Shown here: positions 58,801 through 64,000 of the stretch, piece after piece
Position numbering within the stretch: position 1 is the first letter of the stretch
Layout: every line of letters starts with the position of its first letter
Source of the DNA: Monocercomonoides exilis PA203
Taxonomy: Eukaryota > Protista > Preaxostyla
Direction of reading: 5' to 3'
Length of the DNA stretch: 64,000 nucleotides
Assembly: GCA_001643675.2 (NCBI GenBank)
Contig: LSRY02000017.1
Location: forward strand, 1,116,001-1,180,000
Translations under genes and position numbers: made by a program
Notes under the pieces: model-generated
Database searches by the model: none
What the model saw: the letters and a program-made list of their open reading frames with translations, nothing else
What the model was told of the DNA's origin: nothing

Positions 58801-61786
58801 CACATTTCTTTTTGCATCCCAAATATTCGTATCTCTCACATCTGTGGACACACGCCAATGTGGATTACAGAATAATCCATGTCGCAGTATTTCGAATGCA
58901 ATTACTCATATTCAACATGAATTATTTAATGCAATTATTATTAATGTGTCTTCCATTCTTCTTTCTCACGCATATATTTCTGATATATCCATCAAATCCA
59001 TTGCAAAAACCCAGGCAATTATCCACTTTAATAATTCAATATCACAAACAGGAAATGAAAAAAGTGTTATTGAAACAACAAATGATTGTGCAGTTGAAAG
59101 ATGTCAATTTTCTTTTGATTTACGTTTTGAAACTGACTTTCCATCAATTTTGCGCCAATTAAATGGATCGTTAGAAATATCAAGCTGTGCTTTTTTAACT
59201 TCTGATCGAGCACTTGTTATTAATTCAACATTAATAGAAATTGATAGTGGAGAGTTGAACATTGAGAAACTTTTGCTGGCGATGATCAATGTTACCCAGA
59301 GTTTATTTTTGCTTCGAGCTGAATCAGTCATAAGGATCGAAAATCTAAAAATAAATTCTGTTTTCTCAAATCGTGATTCCTTTTTTTTAGAAAGAGGAGC
59401 GCAAGCTTCATTTGAAAAAATGTTTGTTGAAAATTGCACAACTGACTCTGGCAGTATTATATATGTGATTAATGGAAGTGACGAGTTAACTGAGAAAGGA
59501 AAAGAAACAAATTATGGATGTTTCAATACGACCATATCTTCTTTCACCGATATATATGTTTCAGGTTTAGGGAAAAGTGTAATCGACATGCGGACAAATG
59601 AAATGCCAATAATCGTTTCAAATTGTTCATTTCAAGATTGTTCCTCAAATAGAATGAAGGGAAGCATCGTGCAATTAACTGATTGTCATAATGTGACAAT
59701 TCAGCAGTGTTATTTTGATCATTTGAAAACAAATTTCAATAAGCCAAATGATAATTCAAAACAAAGACAAATAAATGAAGTTTGCCGATGGAACGGATCA
59801 GCAGTGGATGCAACGAACAGTGAATTAACATTTAAGGATACTACCATCGCAAATTTTAGAGACGGTGGATTATCATTATCCACTGGCACTATGACAATCG
59901 AGAAAGGGGAGTTTTTGAGCAACAATCCATTCATTGAAAAATATCCATCAGTGAGAAGAAACATCATTTGTTCAGATTCTGGAACATTGACCATTTCCAG
60001 CTTGAAAGGTGGAGATGGAGTGATGCTAAATTCTTCGGTTTGGATTTTGGATGGTGGGTGCACTCTCGGAGGGATCGCAGGAGAAAGGGAATCGCCTTTC
60101 TTCATTCCCAAATTGGAAGACGTTTCTGCGAATGAGAATGGCAGCAACATTGTTATGAAATTCAATGGAAAGCTTCTTCTTCCATGTGATTTGTCATTCA
60201 GACTTTTGTATAAAACAGGGGATGTGGAGTTGGTTGAGACATATCCTTTTGAGGAAGACAGTTTTGTATCAGAAACTGAAGTGATTGGAACAATTCAATC
60301 AGATAATATTTCAAAGATTGCAGATGAAACAGAGGTGTCTGTGATGATAGTGTTTGGAAAGCAATTGGCTTCCACTCCTTCACAGATTCTGAAGAACAAA
60401 AGCGAATCTCGGATAAATGGAAATGAAAGGATTGTTGAAGGAGGAAAAGAACAAAAATCATTTTGGCCGATCATTGTGATCATCATGGCAATCATTCTCA
60501 TGATTGTGCTCATTGTATCAATAATTGCTACAGTTCGATGGAGAAAACAAAAGAGAAGAACAGAGGAATTGGAAGTGATTGTGGAAGACACAGTGAGGAA
60601 GGATCCGAAGGCATTTGAGATGGTGACGATGGAGATGTCTCTAGAGGAGCAGTGGAGGAGAGCAGAGAGGGAAGCTGAAAAGAAGAATGAAGAAAAGATA
60701 AAGAAGAGAGTTTATGAGAAAAGCTTGGGGCATTCAGAATCATCAGAACATTTGCTGAGCGAAAGTGGATCGACTGAATACATTCTGGGAAAAGATTCAG
60801 ACAAGATTCCAGATTGGGCATTTGAAAAGGTTGATGAAAAGGAAGAAGAAGAAGAAGAGACAAGAAAGAGAACACTTTCTCCTTCCATTTCATCAACTTC
60901 AACAACAGACTCAGATTCCACTTTTGTTCGAGGGGAGGATCTGTGTCCAACCACATCATCCATGTCGAACTTGGTGGATGCGATGGCATGTTCTTCGCCT
61001 CATGAGAAGCTGATTGTGGACTTGAGGGATTCGCTGTTCATGTTGCTGCATGGAAGGAATGAGAAGAAAGAGATGGCAATAGGAAGTTTGCAGGAAAGAG
61101 AGCAAACAGCTTCCCAGATCCTGTTCTGGGTGGCTAATCTTGCGCTCCACTCATTTGATGAAATGGAAAATTCTCTTCAATCTCTTGCCAATCTGAGTCC
61201 GCACATTGTGTTGTTCTCAGAACATATGGTCATTTGTATTGTGATGCACTCCGACTTCTCATCTGACCATGATTCAGATTCTTCGTCTATTTCTTCATCA
61301 ACTGTTGTCTCATCCGCCAGTGATGATGATGATGACTCTCTTCCCTCATCAGCTTTTGAGGATGAGGATGACTTAAGGAAAGAGTGTTTGAGGTGGAAGG
61401 CGCCAGAGCTGCTGATGAACAAGAAGATGGGTGCAACAAAGGAGTCAGTGGCATTCTCAATTGGGATGATGCTGTGGGAGTGTCTGACACTCCAGCTCCC
61501 TTTTGGAGACTATCCGGCAGAGGTGTCAGGGCAGAAGATAGTGAATGGTGAAAGACCGGACCTAAGAAAAGTGTTGGAATCTTCATACACAGATGTGCTG
61601 CATCGCACTTTTTCTCCTCAGCCAGACAGCCGTACAACACTGATTGAGATGAAAAGAGAGTTTATTCAGCGTTTCCCAGCAGGTGCTGTGATGCTCACAA
61701 TCTCGGATGCCATTGATTTCGAGAACGAAAGCGAAGACATGGGAAGTGATGTTATAGACTCAATACCTATGTCAAATGGCAGTTGA
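52850..61786 (+). CDS. Second giant single-exon receptor-like paralogue (2978 aa; 5 ectodomain modules, TM, pseudokinase tail)
   Basis: Signal peptide MLVIVAACLITQIIYA; five CGxxxxPC modules; TM SFWPIIVIIMAIILMIVLIVSIIATV (~60458-60535). The tail is nearly identical to that of 12943-20805. Confidence 0.9.
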   Translation: MLVIVAACLITQIIYANYHLTRYDDYSVSLLKKYHFSNDKCSNNNWNGPLRFHGNISYQSDKLNISSTINGRICLNNSTVSLFSICHFQHQGKEIFWLKKCSRINAYSCSISLLGKNSNCVFSCLGGFINLNNISIISLSRMNYFAGMVSSILKNRHSHDVLWISLKFCLFDSLNIDSSSCFLGKSEGVFSNIDSCSFCNISRNTSSNYKRKLSNSCNFFSVFVKCSIFNRILDADYSSVYSLPTQTFYSFNSSFFASKEIHTPSNGSLNEFSTGTVVAESTVFSSITASRMGLAMYVSGNATLNISKCVFLDLNSTIESGQGGAVKQEGSGRHEVTESNFSNCFSTQWGGGIRVESDGVQIISYCIFENCQSKHYCCVCWTPKASGSIFQNNKLVLSKGNVPDSESGTLGIREPSVKILISNCLFWKNHMPTSSAGIAFTIGCRTNEVAEISFCFFDNNTVDNDSKGCDIFAQPFFISTVISSAFRLCYSSSISEKRVVIGTTNYPEILPNIPNSFTELYVVGDGLDHDSCGMELFPCKTISKAIELRTIHSISVGKGNFKEGEIEVGNFTIRMNGDSKNSSFIMAKSISRGFWLFHVMCGKLEATDYTIIHSSSESHSDSSLVVINGNGNVSFVDCIFTAEDHQKRVFEAPQMKIEGGELNFVNVVVKNFHSNEAFILLTSCSCMLFSNVNAREIHRTSGNGSFAEMEISSSSKVAMNNATIENCACDDGNGGGAFILINNNGELTIGNESLVSFASCSVPGDDEKKGKGGGLFLSCGDEGNNFLMNSIEYNNCFGWIGKSLFVCSKNLGLVINEIHFPKWTWFENSTENESTGFEDDNKRLAIPLYLFFVNPFPTPAFIGGGMSVDHSGCGFEKFPCATINHAVNLRFGSLKREIALNEGFTLSETLEMKVNEWIVSCLKKDTVISVDLLSIQNVTTAINIKNNTIMNNISFSINKLSISLIMIITCSSGTLYLNNCTAGLSAEFEIGNERDFCFICIINGSLVMNQFATNGFIQTDQRSLIERNSFLGCVECIDCSFAGIKKLRGNGGCITSECCLIENFVNERTIAIEGCNFSECYSGEDNAKGGGIYIELCANEKAIINGTGAFDGCFAGNDEKKGGKGGGIMVKIMDTENLIFKVNKGVSFSKEITNKAKYGKDIFVECNRGIFLEQVVNKTSFGFHDSFKIPFDEKMESGSEDGNEAFIIPLFVFLNQIDSKIVANGSGVDYPHCGFLSFPCHSISYCFDERITHDLSEIDVMAPSSIYHELSIPLYPICIKSTKFISGEEKMEVNVTDEGEATKDSFIECSSSFLIESLALVLKDSFNPQRCAFIHSISSIKMIDCSFNLVSVDVVPQIFFSLLFVTGGDITLQELVINEEIVFLQASPITIENGNKIEIKMSQIFDLKRESGNGGCLYVKGKSGIEPCLLISNCSMKSICEGGNKLKGGGIFICLEKDVFFEMNDVMFSCCKVPKDGGEEKGRGVGGGLFLDISDEVNIFELKKLNFENCDAWKGKQVFLSAKNLKPIVNKDHFVWELKADELKKMDEMNGWERSTSDEQFVIPLVVYLWNNFSNTGFIDGERGNDFSECGYKEVPCQTVDKLIHLRYSHSLSHPSASSYIRIKNFSSVNFEISFEDYPPLNANQSVSFVGEISQTSVLISEGDANSESMISSSIILSFINISFILPETFLYHYSLIQSSASSSQTSVSSSFVELKLINISFQSNFSSQKINYTIIEVEDGNLLVEDCTFSFSIFQFPFIHLSPSVDEILLLKLSVSYSNISSSSIIAYSFSDAKKMDMNSFYYLPEATDNCGFFNITQSSFDNIIRTEKGSTIICFDLNQKMKITIQNCSFKKCVSEMSEEGGAMLIQLNDNECFLHLSSCSVFQCACSKTNGRGGGMMFDFSKLYNPSSSSHLHLPLKLENIKFIINDAFVGKDVFILCKSIEQQVNETLFLLDYSQDCFKSNYSICGSDDISTDVDLLPFITFLFASQIFVSLTSVDTRQCGLQNNPCRSISNAITHIQHELFNAIIINVSSILLSHAYISDISIKSIAKTQAIIHFNNSISQTGNEKSVIETTNDCAVERCQFSFDLRFETDFPSILRQLNGSLEISSCAFLTSDRALVINSTLIEIDSGELNIEKLLLAMINVTQSLFLLRAESVIRIENLKINSVFSNRDSFFLERGAQASFEKMFVENCTTDSGSIIYVINGSDELTEKGKETNYGCFNTTISSFTDIYVSGLGKSVIDMRTNEMPIIVSNCSFQDCSSNRMKGSIVQLTDCHNVTIQQCYFDHLKTNFNKPNDNSKQRQINEVCRWNGSAVDATNSELTFKDTTIANFRDGGLSLSTGTMTIEKGEFLSNNPFIEKYPSVRRNIICSDSGTLTISSLKGGDGVMLNSSVWILDGGCTLGGIAGERESPFFIPKLEDVSANENGSNIVMKFNGKLLLPCDLSFRLLYKTGDVELVETYPFEEDSFVSETEVIGTIQSDNISKIADETEVSVMIVFGKQLASTPSQILKNKSESRINGNERIVEGGKEQKSFWPIIVIIMAIILMIVLIVSIIATVRWRKQKRRTEELEVIVEDTVRKDPKAFEMVTMEMSLEEQWRRAEREAEKKNEEKIKKRVYEKSLGHSESSEHLLSESGSTEYILGKDSDKIPDWAFEKVDEKEEEEEETRKRTLSPSISSTSTTDSDSTFVRGEDLCPTTSSMSNLVDAMACSSPHEKLIVDLRDSLFMLLHGRNEKKEMAIGSLQEREQTASQILFWVANLALHSFDEMENSLQSLANLSPHIVLFSEHMVICIVMHSDFSSDHDSDSSSISSSTVVSSASDDDDDSLPSSAFEDEDDLRKECLRWKAPELLMNKKMGATKESVAFSIGMMLWECLTLQLPFGDYPAEVSGQKIVNGERPDLRKVLESSYTDVLHRTFSPQPDSRTTLIEMKREFIQRFPAGAVMLTISDAIDFENESEDMGSDVIDSIPMSNGS

Positions 61787-62244
61787 ATTTAATCTTTATT
61801 TTGTTGAACAACATCATACAAAATTTAAAAATACTTTAATGAGAAGATAATGGCAAAACTTGTATCTCTTTGAAGATGAATGGTCAAGCAATGTCATTGT
61901 AGATCAATTAAGCTTTCTTTATGGATTCAGATAATGAAAGAGATCAAAAAAACTTAAATTTGATGAAAAAGGACAAAAATAGATGAAGAGAAATCAAGAC
62001 ATTGATTCAGATATGTTAGTTTTTATATTTCTGTAAAATGTATTCTTTTTTTCTTTCAAAAATTTTTATTAATTAAAAATTAATCTTCACTTCTCTCTCA
62101 AAGAGAGAGCATTGCAGTATCAAACAAGTTATACAACAATTCTAATATTAATTTATTGAATTCAGTTGAGTTAAAAAAAGAAAGAATAGTTATATTGTTA
62201 TGTCTTTGGTATTTGCCAAAGCTGTGAATTGTTCAAATTTTTCG

Positions 62245-62263
62245 AAAAAAAAAAAAAAAAAAA

Positions 62264-62342
<79 letters not shown>
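62245..62342. repeat. Poly(A) tracts followed by an (AAT)n microsatellite
   Basis: A-run 62245-62267, CAT, A-run 62271-62310, then about ten AAT units. Confidence 0.95.
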
Positions 62343-62344
<2 letters not shown>

Positions 62345-62346
<2 letters not shown>

Positions 62347-62724
62347 TGTTGGACACTTTCAATTTCTGTGGACAGTGGCATTATCTCAACAACTGTTGAT
62401 AATTGTATTTTGACAATTAATCCAATTATTCCCTCAATGAATATGAACAAATAAAACATACAGAAATGAATCAACTTGCTCTGCAGAATTTTGAAAAAAA
62501 ACATTTTTAATTTTCGGAGAAACCCTAAGAAAAAAAATTCTCCGAGTTTCTCCGAATATTAAAAATGTTTTTTTTCAAAATTCTGCAGAGCAAGTTGATT
62601 CATTTCTGTATGTTTTATTTGTTCATATTCATTGAGGGAATAATTGGATTAATTGTCAAAATACAATTATCAACAGTTGTTGAGATAATGCCACTGTCCA
62701 CAGTTATTGAAAGTGTCTACCATT
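62345..62724. repeat. Near-perfect 380-bp palindrome (179-bp arms, 22-bp spacer)
   Basis: 62345-62523 is the reverse complement of 62546-62724, with ~5 mismatches, four of them in the outer ~25 bp. Confidence 0.95.
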
Positions 62725-62764
62725 ATTGACACTAACAATACTCAAGATTTTTTATTCTTTAATA

Positions 62765-63282
62765 CAGTCTAAACAGGATATAATCACGTCGAATATAATC
62801 ACATTCATTTATAGTCACATTTTTCGATGCACCGACAATTATGGCCTTTTTTCCTATCATTTCCCATCGCAAATAATCACAGAGCTAAATATATATAATC
62901 ACATTTTTTATTATAATGAGTTCATTTTTCAATGAAAAATCTATTTTTCGATCAAAAATTCTAATTTTATGATTTTTCAAAAATGTGCTCAAAAAAGTCA
63001 AAATAATGTGTATTTTTAATCAAAATTTTTGATTTTTTGATTTTTCAGAATTATGTTTAAACTAGTCAAACTGACATTAGCATGCATAAAAAAGTGTTAT
63101 TTCAATTGAAAAATGGGTTTTGATGAAGAATTTTCAAAAATGAAAATATTGACCCAAAATTAATTAATTAATTAATTAATTTTTATTTTTTTCTGTGTTG
63201 AGCAGCATAGTATATTATCACAATCGGATATAGTCACAAAAAGTTGTGCAAAACCCGATGTGATCATATCCGGTTTAGACTG
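62765..63282. mobile_element. Non-autonomous Tc1/mariner-pogo-like MITE (518 bp)
   Basis: Left TIR CAGTCTAAACAGGATATAATCACGTCG versus the reverse complement of the right end CAGTCTAAACCGGATATGATCACATCG (24/27). Flanks are TA and TG. The internal ATA(A/G)TCAC-like motif is repeated. No ORF. Confidence 0.75.
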
Positions 63283-64000
63283 TGTTCTATTTTTATAAAT
63301 AAGTGAAAATTTTTGAAAAATCACCACAGATCAAAAAGTGATACCATTATATTATTATTTTGAAATATTCTTTCATTCTAAAATGCTTTGAGCTCGTTTT
63401 ATCGATGGAAAAAAACCACATTCGAACATTCCATGATAATGTTTGTAAACAAAAATGAAATTTGAATTTTTATTGCATATTTTGATCAAAATAAATTATG
63501 ATTTTTTTGAAATAAACTCATGCAAGAAGATTTGAATTTTCGAAGAAAACCTGTTCATAGCCTTTTTTAAGGATAAAGTGATTTTTCAAAGGACGGTAAT
63601 TGTGGTGCGTTTCAATTGATTAGGTTCTATATTTTTTTGACATTTTGTGTATTTCGGATGGATTGAAATATTTATCGTTGAACATTTTCCTTCACCGTTT
63701 AATTTTTGGAAGGAAAATCAACACTGATAATTGATTTCGCAATTTTACCAAAAATCCGCATCTCAAACATGAAAATTTACAATAACAATTAACAGAATAG
63801 TTCGAATTTGTTGTCTCAGCTTCTTTTTCTTCCTTGTCAATTTTTTATTTGAATGAAGCTTGTGTGGTTTTTTGAATTGAAGTTGCACCAAGGATAGGAA
63901 ATAAACGATTTTTTGGAGCAGAAGGGAAGCGAAGACGAGTAGGATAGGTTTTATTGGTAGAACAGAGAAATATTTGAAGTTGGAGAAGAAAGTTTGCGAA

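Noticed and set aside
51794-62310. Gene 52850-61786 as a retrocopy, or as an element bounded by poly(T) and poly(A)
   Set aside because: No target-site duplication or matching flanks were seen. Long homopolymers also occur elsewhere, such as in the intron at ~47805.

Overview
This is a eukaryotic, AT-rich, intron-containing protist window using the standard code and GT-AG introns. It resembles an oxymonad such as Monocercomonoides, but that is recognition from memory, not a database result. Housekeeping genes reconstructed across introns are NSA2, a TMEM115-like membrane protein, CHFR-like FHA-RING-PBZ ligase, an SDR, Arp3 and a mucolipin/TRPML-like channel. A ~6000-aa N-anchored giant may be a bridge-like lipid-transfer protein. 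The accessory content is richer. (i) An intronless Enterobacterales-like coaBC has an intact ligase half but substitutions at several essential decarboxylase residues (G14A, I16L, N125H, C158S, E. coli numbering). (ii) Two giant single-exon receptor-like genes (2620 and 2978 aa) plus a relic share one plan: signal peptide, 4 or 5 divergent Cys/Gly-rich ~350-aa modules, a near-identical TM segment and a conserved pseudokinase tail. This is a candidate variable surface-receptor system. (iii) A broken hAT transposase has possible termini that enclose the receptor relic. (iv) There are two long fold-back palindromes and a Tc1/pogo-like MITE. All exon boundaries and alignments were made by eye.
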